Origin: a virus | Lineage: Duplodnaviria > Caudoviricetes | IMG/VR virus record: IMGVR_UViG_3300032138_000004 | Span: 1-64,000 of that record | DNA length: 64,000 nucleotides | Direction: 5' to 3' (one strand) | The notes under the pieces: model-generated | Seen by the model: only the letters and a program-made list of their open reading frames with translations | The model's database searches: none | Told to the model about the DNA's origin: nothing | Shown: positions 26,567-38,500 of the stretch, piece by piece | Numbering within the stretch: position 1 is the first letter of the stretch | Layout: each line of letters opens with the position of its first letter | Program-made: the position numbers and the translations under genes

Positions 26567-27031
26567 TCACGCCTGCCGTCGAACGCTGTTCCAGAAGAGC
26601 TTGGCGCCGGCGATGGGGACGGTCACCGTGCCAGCATCCACCGCCACCGACACGTAGACCTCGCCGGTTGCGGTCCTCTGGGCCGTGTCTGTCGGCACGA
26701 TGTCATCGAGCGGGATGACCACGCTGTAGGACGTGGTGGTGGTCAGGCCCGGGGCCAGGGTGAACGCCGACTGCGTGGGCCCAGCGACGAGGTCATCGCC
26801 AGTGGAGTCCTCGTAGATACGCGCCGTGCATGTGACGGGCGTGCCTGCCGTGCGATCAAGGCGCAGGGCAAGGTGCGACCACCGCGCGCCAGAAGCGGGC
26901 AGTTGGCCGTGCTCCGACTTCGCGTCGGCAGCCTTCAATGCCTCCAGCTTGACCAGCAGCCCCACCGTGTGGGCCTGCTGAATCGTAGTCACCGCCGTAG
27001 CGTTCGTGATGAATCCAGAGTCTGCGGCCAT
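26567..27031 (-). CDS. hypothetical virion protein
   Basis: GGAG SD; Thr/Val-rich beta protein. Confidence 0.6.
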   Translation of the reverse strand: MAADSGFITNATAVTTIQQAHTVGLLVKLEALKAADAKSEHGQLPASGARWSHLALRLDRTAGTPVTCTARIYEDSTGDDLVAGPTQSAFTLAPGLTTTTSYSVVIPLDDIVPTDTAQRTATGEVYVSVAVDAGTVTVPIAGAKLFWNSVRRQA

Positions 27032-27057
27032 GTTGGCTCCCTCCCAGGCTCAGGATC

Positions 27058-27888
27058 TCAGGAGATCCGGTAAGTGACCCAGGTGGTGGCCGCCGTCATC
27101 CGCGAGCGGAACGTCGCGGATGCGCCGTAGAGAGCGCCCGTCGTTGCGTGCTGCGACTGCACAACCATCCCGCCAACCACAGTGTGGGTAGCGCCAACGG
27201 CCACGGTGAGGGTGTCTGCGGCAGCAGCTGAAAGATTGATCAGGGTCCAGTCAAAGTAGTCGCCGACGCTCATCTCGGTCCCGCCCGACATCAGCGTGCC
27301 GGTGGGCAGCGTGTAGGTCTGGGTCCCACCGGCTGAGTGTGTGCCCGTGACGATTCCAGCAAGCAGCTGCGCGATGGTCAGCGTGGCGGAAGTCGTCAGT
27401 GCAGCCGGAGCGGCCTGGCGACCGACCTGAAGGCCGACCAGCCGGATGGCGCCATCGTTGCCCGAGGAGTCGCCCGCGCCCGAAGTGATGACGACGCTGC
27501 CGCCGGCCGCAGTGCTGCTCCCACCAGTAGAGGCGCCTGCGGCGCCTGCAGTGATTGTGACAGCGCCACCAGCGCCGCCCTCGCCGGTGCCCGCAGACGC
27601 GGCACCACCAGCGCCGCTGGTGATTGTGACAGCGCCACCAGCGCCACCAGCGTCAGAGCCCGTGTTGTTGGTGGCGCCGCCAGCGCCAAGGGCGATTGTG
27701 ACATCGCCACCCGCGCCTCCAGCACCAGTCGCGCCTCCGCCCGTGTTTGCGCCACCAGCGCCGGTCTGGAGGTTCGTGTCCTTCGCGTTGCTCGCAGCCG
27801 CAGTGGTGGAGGAGTCGCCCCCCTTGTCGGGGCGGATGTCGATCTCACCTTCGAGGTACTGACCGCCTTGGGTCCAGGGGGCACGCAT
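27058..27888 (-). CDS. Gly-rich repeat virion protein (spike/decoration-like)
   Basis: GGAGGxVTIxxGAGG repeats; C-terminal TYTLPTG...FDWTLIN...WVTYRI domain. Confidence 0.6.
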   Translation of the reverse strand: MRAPWTQGGQYLEGEIDIRPDKGGDSSTTAAASNAKDTNLQTGAGGANTGGGATGAGGAGGDVTIALGAGGATNNTGSDAGGAGGAVTITSGAGGAASAGTGEGGAGGAVTITAGAAGASTGGSSTAAGGSVVITSGAGDSSGNDGAIRLVGLQVGRQAAPAALTTSATLTIAQLLAGIVTGTHSAGGTQTYTLPTGTLMSGGTEMSVGDYFDWTLINLSAAAADTLTVAVGATHTVVGGMVVQSQHATTGALYGASATFRSRMTAATTWVTYRIS

Positions 27889-27931
27889 GAGGAACTCCTG
27901 TCAGAGGGCCCAGACGGGCCATTTGGGGGAA

Positions 27932-27942
27932 AGGGTAGCACG
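27932..27942 (-). promoter_or_regulatory. putative extended -10 CGTGCTACCCT
   Basis: Near-identical CGTGCTACCGT at 62230-62240; both intergenic and upstream of minus-strand genes. Confidence 0.4.
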
Positions 27943-27944
27943 GC

Positions 27945-29500
27945 TCATCGGTTCAAGCTCTGGTCGATTTGAGAGATGGTTTCGGTCTGCTCGGCGAGCT
28001 TCTCGGCGGTCATCCGGTCGAGAACCTCACCACGGGTGAAGATCTGCACTGGGCGGATGCCCAGAAGGCCGAGGCGCTCGGAGCCGACGGTCAGCCCAGC
28101 GCGGGGGTGAGCGGTGTCGCCCTCGCCCATGGCGATCGGGGCGACGAGCTCCTGATCGGCCCAGTGGTTGCGGGCCACGCGGCTCGACTGCACCAGCGCC
28201 TCGACAGGCCCGTAGTCCTCGAAGGACCGGTCGAGCGCCGTCACCGTCTGCATGCTGCGGCCGAAGCCCGGGGCGAAGGCGCCCAGGTTCTTGGCCGCCC
28301 ACCACCACTTCGCACCCGTCTTGTCGGTGATGCGGTAGACGTCGTGGTTCTCGGCCGTCCAGCGGCGTGCCGAGTCAGCCTCGGCCATGGGCGGGTCGAG
28401 GCGCATCAGGCCGTCGACCAGGGCGCCACCCGTCCAGGCCCGGTCGGTCTCAACGAACCACGGGGGCACGTCGTTGTAGGCCTCGAGGTCCCGGCCGTAG
28501 AAGATGTCCCGGTTCGTCGTCATCACGAAGGGAGCCTGGATCCAGGGGGCAGCCCGGGACACCGTCTCGCCCAGGGCCTTCTCGTCGCCCTTGGCCGCGT
28601 CCCAGATGTTGGCCCACAGGGAGAGCCCGTCGTTGATGGGCAGCGGCGGCGCCAGGTACAGGAAGCCGTCGATGCGAGCTATGGAGACGTGGCGCTGAGC
28701 CACCTCGTTGGCCGCGTTCGCGTCCTCGTAGAAGACGGCGAGGCGGCCCTCGTTCCACTCCTGCAGCACCAGGACGGGGTCCTCCTCGAGCTGCTCGCGG
28801 GTGAGGCCCTTCAGCGCCCGCAGCTGACCGAGCACCCGGTAGGGGTTCCGCAGCAGCGTGTGCCACATCAGCTCCTGGTTCAGCTTCAGGAAGCTGTAGA
28901 ACATGATGACGTTGCGGGCGATGGCCTTCTCGAAGGTCGACAGCTTCGAGTAGTCGAAGCCCACGAGCCGGGCGACCTTCGCCGCCTCAGCCGGCGACTT
29001 GCCCAGCTTGAGCTCGTCGATGAAGGTGCCGACGCGCATCCAGTTGTCGATGCCCGTCGCGGAGTCCATCAGGAACTGCTGCCAGCGGCCAGCCATGAAC
29101 GGGATGTTCGCGTAGCGCTCGTAGGCGCCCCGGTGCATGTCGCGCAGGTCATCGAGCAGTGACGGCGTCGCCTCGCTCTGGATGTAGCTCGAGGACAGAC
29201 CCTCGCTCTTCGCCATGTCCGCGATCATGTCGGCCGTGTAGACACGGCCGTCGGGGGTCACGATGACGCCCCCGCCCGGGTAGCTGTCGTAGTTGCCCCA
29301 CAGCCGCTTCACGACGGCCGCCGTCACCTTCGGGTGCCTACCCAGGGCTGCAGCCGCACCTCGAGCGCCACGGCCCATGTAGGCCTGCAGGAGGGCGCCG
29401 ATGGCGTTGGCCGTGAAGTAGGGCGGGTTCGGGATGAGCGGGCCCACCGTCAGGCCCATGCGGATCTTCGTGAAGATCATCGGGAACATGCCGAGCATGC
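27945..29500 (-). other. C-terminal LPD38-like region of the giant protein (approximate)
   Basis: DNWMRVGTF...AEAAKVAR...FDYS...MFYSF pattern typical of large phage internal proteins. Confidence 0.5.
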
Positions 29501-32500
29501 TGTCGATGGTCTCGCCGATGGTCATGGCGGCGTGGATCGACCACGGCCTGGAGATGTCATCGGCGCGGCCACTGGGTCGCAGTCGCTTGAGCCGGTCTGC
29601 GACTCGCTCACCCATCGGCTTCGTGGGGTCCATGGCCCTTCGGGTGGCCGGGTCAGCCACCTGTCGAGCGACGGGCAGCACACTGCGCACCCGAGGCGCC
29701 GCCACGCTGTCGAAGGCCCGGCCCACGTCGGCGGCCTGCTCGAGCGCCTGGTCGAGAGGCTCGCGCAGCATCGACGGCATGATGGTCTCGGACCCGTCGG
29801 GCAGCGTCACGCGCTCCCACCCGCCCTTGCCGCGCTTGTAGCCGAAGCGGGCGAGCAGACGCTGGGCCTCGGTGTAGGCCTCGATGTTGTGGACCTGCGC
29901 GTCCTGCTTGATGGTCTCCGGGTAGTGCTGCCTCGTCAGGCCCTCTTCGACAGGGCTGATCTTGCCGACCTCGGGGTAGTGGACCGTCAGGCCCTCTGGG
30001 TCGACGGCGTGCGTCAGCGACCAAGACATCTCGGCGTTCAGGTACTGGATCACGTCGTCCATGAAGGCGCCGCGATCCTTCGCGCCGGCGGGAGCCACGT
30101 CGGCCTTCGACGTCGGCATGCCCATCCGAGCGAGCGTCTCCGAGAACTCGCCCAGCACCTCGAGGGCCCGCATCCGCACCAGGATCTCCGTCCTGATGAC
30201 GTTCGGGTCCACCCGAGAGACCGTGCGCGGGTCGGCGCCGCTCTTGTGTCCTCGCAACTCGGTCCAGCTCTCGAGGGTCACCGGCCGCTTGGCGTTTGGT
30301 AGGTCGGGCGGCAGGTCGCTCTCGGCCCACCGGCCAGTGAAGAAGGCCTCGTACAGTTCGAGCTTCGAGCGGTCGGTCAGCGTCAGGATCGAGGATGCTC
30401 GTGCAGTGCTCCCGGAGCCGCTGATCTCCATCCCGGCCGTGCCAGTCAAGGCGGCAGCGATGTCGGCCGCACGCTCGCTGACGAGGCCCCACCGACGGTC
30501 GAGGGCTTCGCTGATCTCTGCCAGCGCCGCCTCGACGGCGGTGATCTCGTCGGGGGTAAGCAGGTTGTCGGGCGGGGGTGGCGGCAGCGGGTCAGCCTGC
30601 TGCAGCCCCTTCAAGCGCTGGTACTCGCGGACCCGAGGGTCGTGCGGCATGTCGCTGATGAGCTGGTTGACGGCGCGCAGGATGGGGCCCTGGTCGAGGG
30701 CGCGACCAGCCAGGGGGTCGTAGCCGAGCCGGGGGCGCAGGAGTTCGGCGAGGCCCGACTGCTCGATGGCCGACCGCATCGACGGGCGCCGACCAGCGGA
30801 GGGCGCCGCCTGCCGGCCACTGATGAGCCGCTGGTACTCCAGCACCCGGGGGTCGTTGGGGCGCTCACGGAGCAGCCGGTCAATGGCTCGGACGATGTGG
30901 ATCTGGTCGGCGCCCAAAGAGCTGCGAGGGTTGGTGCCCGTCCGCTCCCGAAGCAGTTCGTCGATGCCTGACTGGATCATGGCCTCGCGACGGCCCATGC
31001 GCGGCCCAGTGGGCCCCGCGGCTGGCGCTGGGGCTGGCGCCGGCGTGGGGGGCGCCTGGGTGATGCCGCCCGCATGGAAGTGCAGCAGCTGCATGGCAGC
31101 GGCCTCTTCGGGGGTCGCGCCGTGGGGCACGTCGTCGATGACGCCCTGGAGCATGCTCAGGTGGTCGGGGTCGAGCAGCCTGTCGATGCGCAGGGGGTCG
31201 GTGGTCGCCACCTCGTCGCGCACGCCGCGCAGCGCCCGCACGTTCGAGACCTCGTCGCGGCCGTTGAACCGGTCTCGCATGCGACCCAGCACCTGCACGT
31301 TCGCGATCGACACGGGCGTCGTCAGCTGCCTCATCACGCCCTTCAACGTGTCGACCAGGCCCGACTGGGGGTCGCCCTCGCGGATGTTCCGACCGGCCGT
31401 GCGAACCCAGTCCTGCGACCGGCCGACCTCGCGGGTGGCGCGGTCCCACGCCTCAGTCACGTGCGGATCGACGTACTTGTCGCCCGGGCGCGACGTGGTG
31501 AACATGTCCGAGAGCCGCCGCTTCCAGTTCTGCGTGCGGACCGAGCCCGTGCCCGTGTGCAGCTTGTCGGGGATCTCCCACAGCGCGCGGGCCAGGGCCA
31601 CACCCAGGGTCGGGGGGATGCGCTCAGCCCGAAGATCACGCCGCGCGCCGGGCCCGGCCATGACGTCGATCTGGGCCTCCTGAAGCGCGTTCAGTTCCTG
31701 GAAAGAGACGGTGCTCAGGTCCGACCGCGGGTTGATGAGCTTCTCGAAGCCCCTCGGGTCGACCACCGGGTTGTTGGCCACGCGGTTGGCCAGTGTGCGC
31801 AGGCCCGCCTGCTGGGCACGGTCGAGGGACACGGCGTCGTCGGCAGCTCGACCCTCGTCGACCAGTTCCATCACCGACATGCCGATGGCCGTCGACAGCG
31901 AGGCGTGCACCTCGCGCTGGAGACCCTCGGCCCGACCTGCGGGCACCACCGTCCGTGCCGTCATCGCCACGAGCTCGATGCCTCGAGCGTTGCGGCGGGC
32001 CTGTTCCGTGGCCACGTAGCGGATGGCCTTCGCCACGAGGTCGTGCAGCGGCACCTCCTCGCCAGCGCGGATGCCCATGTCCTGGAGCACCTCCTCACGG
32101 CGGAGGTTCACGCGGCCAGCCTCTCGAGCACGACCGGCCCGGCCGACGGCGTCGTCGAGGGGGCCCACCTCGGGCACCACGGCGTGCGGGAAGCGGGCGA
32201 GACCCTCGGCGGCCCCGATCTCCACAGCTACGGAGTCGGCGATGCGCTCGGGGCGGAGCCAGCGGTCCCAGACCGCCGCCACCGCAGGGTCGACCTCGAG
32301 GTCCCGGCCGCGAACCTGAGCCCACACGTCGGCGAGCCCCTGCTGGAGCTGCTGGAACTGCATCCGCAGCCAGCCGTTGGGGGCGGTGCGCCGCTCAAGC
32401 CACACCTCGAACATGCGGGCCATCTGCTCTCGGCCCTCGACCGTCCGCATCGGGCCGCTCTCGCCGTCCTGCACGTAGATCTGTGCGTTGATGGCGTCGG

Positions 32501-35500
32501 CCTTGTCGAGGCCCCGGGCGTCGGCAGCCTGCTTCGGGCCCACGCGGTGGGCCTCGGCAGCCAGCGCCCGCACCTCAGCCTCGGGCATCCGCTCGAAGGC
32601 AGCGTCCATCGCTTGGCGAACCTCGGGGGTACCAGTCACGAGGTCGATGAGGTGGCCCTTCTCGTGCCAGAGCGTGCGCAGCGTCGAGCCCTGGTACAGC
32701 GTGATGACCGCCGTCGTGGTGTCGAAGGTGCCGCGGGCACCGCCGTCGCCCGGCTGGTAGAGCGGCTCGCCGCCGGCGATGTCCCCGGGAAGCTGCTCGT
32801 CGGTCCACCCGAGACGGCGGAGCCGGGCCTCGGGGACCTTGGCCAGGCGCAGGAGGTCGAGGCGACGCTCGACGCGAGCGGGCTCGCCCGGGCGAACACC
32901 GCGGCTCTTGATTCGGCCACGCCGCGCGCCCTCGGCGCCTGCGATGTCCTTGGCGATGTCCTCGACCTCAGCGTCGGAGAGCCGCCGCTTCGGACGCTGG
33001 GCCCGGGTGAGGTCGTCGGTGGCCGAGCGGTAGTAGTGCTCGACGGCCATGCGCAGGCCTTCGCGCCAGTCGCCAAGCTCGACGTCGTCCCAGAAGCGCT
33101 TCTGGATCTCGAAGATGCGACGCACGTCTCGGAGTGACCGGGGGGTGGCCACGATCTCGCGCCAGTCGGGTCCGTACTCCTCGACGAGAGCGTCCTCGGC
33201 CACCCGGGCCGCGCGCACCTCGACATCACGTGGGGAGTACCGCCGTGCGTCGGGCCGCAGCGCGTTGTCGATGTGCTTGTCGAGCTGGCGCCCGAGCATG
33301 ACCATCGTCTGCGTGGGCGAGGTGTGGCCACGCTGTGCCTGCTGACGGGCGATCAGCGCCTCGGCCGACTCGATCTTGGGCCGGTTGGCTACAGTGCGAG
33401 CGATGCGGACATCCATCCCGCCCGACTCCTGCCAGCGGCCGATGTCGTCCTGCTCCGCGAAGTGGTCCTCGTAGCCGGCGAGCTGCTCCTGGATGGCCGC
33501 CGACTCCGCGAGGAGGTCTTCGTCGGGGTGCCGCCCTGCCTCTTCGGCCTCGGCCAGACGGTTCTCGATGATGTCCTGACGCTCGCGCAGGGCGTCGACC
33601 TCGGCGCGAGCGGCGGGCGTCAGGCCAGCCGACGATCCGCCCAGCATGCCACGGGCGCGGCGGGGAGCCTCGCGCCGAGGGGCGGTGTACTTGTCGCCCT
33701 GCACGCGCTCGATGGCGGCCACAACGTCGGCGTCCGACATGCGCCGGCTCGGCACGGGGCCCTCGGCCATCATCGGCTCGAGCAGAGGCTCGAACACCGC
33801 ACGCGACAGCGCCGGGGGCACGCCGTTGCCGATGATCGTCGTGGCCACGATGCGGCTACCGGGCAGCGGGTAGCTGTCGGGCAGGCCCGTCATGCGTGCC
33901 ATCACCCGAGGAGTGACCCGCTTCACCCGGCCATCGGGCATCACGATGCGGTGCAGCTCGCGGGGGGTGGCCTTGATCGTGGGGGCAGGCTCGCCACCGA
34001 AGGCGTGCGGGAGCGTCTTCCGGTTCGTGCTCCCACCCATCACGAGCAGCGGCTCGGTGATGTTGTCGACGTCGATGCCGTGGCGCTCGAGGCGCTTCCG
34101 CTGCCAGTCGCCCAGAGGCTGGTCGGGCAGGTCGTCGACGAGGTCGCTGACAGCGTCGAACCAGCCAGCGTGGGGCTGGTCTGCACCCGGCCCGTGGGTG
34201 GGCTCAGGCCGCGGAGGCAGCTCGCCTTGGTCGGGCCCCACCGCCCGCAGCAGCAGGCGCTTGCGGCGCGTCGGGGCGCCGTAGTCCGCTGCCTCGTAGA
34301 CGTGGGTGTCCCACTTGTAGCCGAGCTTGTCGAGCTCGTCGGTGATGACCCGCATCGCCTCGGTCTTGCCGTAGGCCGCCACGTTCTCGAGGGTGAAGAC
34401 AGGGGGCCTGATCGTGCGCAGCGCCTCGGCCGTCGACCGCGCCGTCTCGACGTCGAGCGGGGCCTCGTTGCGGCCGAGCTTCGCCAGGCTGGAGGTCTTG
34501 CAGACGGGGCTCGCGTGCAGGTAGTCGGCGTCGGACGCCTCGGTGAAGTCCTGGTTCTGCACCCGCCCGACACGGACGTGGTCCCCGTGCACGACGGCGT
34601 AGTGGGCAGCCACGTTCTCGTCGAACTCGACGGCGTAGATGGGCTTGATGGCCCCGCGAAGACCCTCTTCGACGAGGCCACCGCCGGAGAACAGAGTCGC
34701 AGTCGGGGCCCTACCAGGGCTAGCGACCTCCACGCTACCCGCTGCGGCTTCGCCGTCGCCCCGCTGGAAGAGCGGCCCGCGCTCCACACGACCCGTCCGC
34801 ATGTCGCGATACTCGCCGGAAGCTACGAGCCCACTGTCAAGAGCATGCTGGGCTTCGTGTTCGTACCGGAAACCCTCGGCGAGGTCAGCCTCGCCCATGT
34901 AGTCCTCGAAGATGCCGGCGCGGTCCACGAGCCGGTACCGGGGCTCGCCCCAGAAGTCGAACTCCTCGACCTCCCACTCGGCCTCTCGGGCGCCCTCCCG
35001 CTGGAACATCGGCATCGTGTCCGATGGCGCCGCGTCCTCCGTCGTGATCTCCGACCACGTCCGCTCTGCCCGGGGGCGGCTGACGTCGGGGATGTCGTCG
35101 ATGTGCGCCCGGCGGCGGGGCTTCGGCAGCGGCACCACGTCGTGCAGCCCGTAGGTCACGGGCGCGGGACCCACGGCCAGGCCACCGCCGATGGGCACGG
35201 GCTCGCCCGCCGCCACCCGGGCCTCGTTGCGCAGGGCAGCGATGGCCATGGCCCGCAGGTCCGCCTCGTTCAGCGTCAGCTTCAGGCCCTGGCGGAACAG
35301 CCAGGCCTTCAGGCGGGCGATGAGGTCGCGCACGATGCCGTTCTGGGGGTCGACCTCCACGAGGTAGGCCAGCGCCTCACGGCGGTACAACTCGCGGCCA
35401 CGGGCCGACTCAGGGTCGACGCCGCGCGCCTCGAGGTCCGCCATCGCCTTCGTGTGCGCCCGGGCGGCGGGGCCGTCGGTGGCGCTCCGGGCGAGCTCGG

Positions 35501-38500
35501 CAGCACGGTCCAGCAGCCGGGCCTCCTCAGACCCGAGCAGCCCGCGCATGCCCATGTGAGCACCGACCTCGTGGACCACCGCGCTCTGCAGCAGCTCGGG
35601 GGTCATCCGCGGCGCCAGGATGTAGGCCGTGCCCGGCCCACCCTCGCCGTCGGGCACCCACATCGCCGTCTGGCTGCCGTCGTCGAGGTCCGACCAGCGG
35701 CCGCCGTCGATGTCGTCGAAGCTCTCCACCACCCGCAGGCGCCCGTCGAGGAGGGGGCCAGCGAAGGGGAACTGCTCGAGGATGGCGTCCTCGGCCTGGG
35801 CGACGGTCAGGCCCTCGCCGGCCTCGGCGCGCTGACGGAGGATGCTGGGGTCGGCGGGGTCGAAGGTGCCCCGGTTGCCGGTCGCCGACTTGATCTGCTC
35901 TGGGCGGAACACAGCGTAGGAGTCGGCGGGCTCGCCCTCCACGCGGTTGCGGTAGACGATCCCATCGTAGCCAGCATCTTCCAGCGCTTCCTTGATCGCC
36001 TCCTGCGCGCGGAGCACGGTGGGAGGATCGCCAACGAGTTCGCCCCGAAGAAGTGCTTCGATGTCTGGGTCCTCTCTGAGCTGACGGAGAATGCGGGGCT
36101 CAAGTGCGCCCGCCTTCTCGATGTCTGCCAGCACCATGTCGGGCAGCCACGACAGCCGGTCTGGCATTCTGAATGGACTCTTGACGCTCAGGTACACGGG
36201 CACCAGCGACCCTGCGACATCACCGAGATCATCGTCCAGCGCGGCCCGCTCGATCGCGGCTCCCTCCTCCAGAGGGAGTCCCACCCTGGCGTTGGCGGCA
36301 GACGCCGTTCCGAAATGGGCCCCAAGGCCCTCTGTGTTGAAGACGTCGAAGCCTCGGCGGGTCCCGTGGTACACGACCAGCGGCTTCCCCTGCTCGTCGA
36401 CCACCTTGCTGTCACCGAACCACGCCTTGAACTCAGGCGTGTCCACCGGGTCGGCCCGCTGCATGAGCATCTGCTCGCGGCCCCAGCGCTGCGACCTGTC
36501 CGCCCACGCCAGCGGCGTCCCGCCACCCATGGCGTCCTGCGCTGCGCGCATCGTCCCGCCCGTCGCGATGACGTTGTCGACGATGAAGGCGTCGGGCAGC
36601 TGCTCCGAGGCCTCGATGCCGTGCTCGGCTGGCCGGCGCACGCGGCCACGCTCGCGCATCGCCCGGCTCGACTCCACAGGGGCCGCCCGTGAGAGCACGT
36701 CGCGCACCTCGCCACCGACACGCTCTGCGATGGCCTCGGCCAGCGCCAGGTTCCCCGCCGTGTTGCCCCTCGAGTCGGGGGCGGGCACCAGCACGGCGCC
36801 CTGGGGCACGCGCTGTGCGAGCTCGTCGGCAGCCGTGGCCACCGCCTCGGGGTCGCCGCGCTTCAGGGCGTAGGCCACGTCGCGCGTCTGCTTGTCGGCC
36901 GCCGACATGCGCACCTTGTCGCGCGGGGAGACGTAGTTGCGGGCCACCAGGGGAGGCCGCGTCGGCGCCCAGCCACGCTGGGCGAGGGGCTCGTCTACGC
37001 CTCCCGCTCCTCGGGCGCCTGGTACGTCGGCAGCGGGTCCTCGCTCTGCCACACCAGCCCGCCGCTCGGCAGCTGAATGGGGCCGGAACTCGAGTCGGGC
37101 GTCGCTTCCGAGAGTTCGTAGGGCGTCGTTGTACCCCTTGAGGAGGGCATCGCTGTAGAACCTGTTGAAGTCGGCATCGCTGTATCCCTTGGCTGTGGTG
37201 CTACCGGGGGCTCCGCCCGCGGCTCGGATCTGCGCGTCCATCTGCTCGCTGGCACGCCGGCTCGCGGCCCAGTGCGCCTCGCGCAGGCTGCGGTCGACGC
37301 CCTCTGCCCGCGTGAGGAACTGCCACTCCGCCGCGCCCTCGGGGCGGGCCAGGACGTAGACACCCTCGCTCGTCACCGCACGCATCTCGCGCAGGTTCAT
37401 GGTGAAAGTCACCTGCAGGTCTTGCAGGGACAGCGGCGCCCCGCTCGGGTGGTAGTGCGTGAAGACGAAGTCCCCGGCCTCCATCGCCGCCTTGCGCGTC
37501 CACTCGGGAACGTGAACGAGTGAGCCCAGCCTCGCCTCGCCGCGAGTGAGCCCCATGTTCGACAGCGCCCACTCCATCTTCTCCGTGTCGGCCTTGTCGA
37601 GCCCCCCCCAGAAGGAGTCGTCGGCCATGTTGGTGAAGCGGCCGACCTGCCGCCCCTCTGCGTCGAAGACCGCCGCGTGCTCGACGTCGGCTGCGTTGTC
37701 CCGCAGCGCCGACTCGGCACCCTCCAGGCTCATCCCGCGACGAAGCGGACCCACCGTGTCGGGGGTCACGTCGAGGGGGTTGCTCTCGAGTTCCTCGGCT
37801 GGCGCACCACGCTGGAATAGCGGCTCCTCGTCTACGCCGGGTCGAGCGCCCCGCTCTCCTCCAGCGAGTCCGCCATCCGCCCCAGCTCCGTCACCATCAC
37901 GCCCACGCCCTCGTCGAACGCCGCCTCGTCCTCCGAGTAGTTCGCCAAAGAGCGCATCGACCTCTTGAAGAAACCCGTGAACTCGTCCTGGCACAGGGTG
38001 TCCATCCGGCCCCAGATCGCCCTCACCTTCGACACCTCTTGCAAGTTCTGCACGGAGACGCTCCCTGAGCTGTTGGACACGATCAGCGTATCGCCTGGGG
38101 GTACGCCCCGTCACGTCGGAGGATTGCATCACCCGTTCGGTCGACTTGCCGAGGAAGCAGCCGAGGCCGCCGCGAGCATCGCACTTCGTGCAGTTGAAGG
38201 TGCGATCCAGGACGACGCTGTCCTCGCCACGGGCGAGCGCGCTGCGCACCTTCCGCAAGTCGCGTTCGTCGGCTCGCACCTTGAGGAGGCCCTTCTTCGG
38301 CTTGTCCTTCTTGGGCGACCCGCCGTACTCCCGGCGGAACCTGTGGAGGCCAGAGGTCTCCCCGTGAGCCTCGACTAGTTCGACGAGGCGCTCCATCACT
38401 GGGCGCGTGATGGTGGTCGCCACGCCGAGCCGCAGCACGCCTGAGTCGATCGGGCAGATCCGCTTCTTGGCAGCGGGCACCTGCTCCCGGAGCGCCCTCA

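Noticed and set aside
33273-36692. 1139-aa + strand ORF and other long antisense ORFs inside the giant gene
   Set aside because: Shadow frames opposite clear enzyme domains
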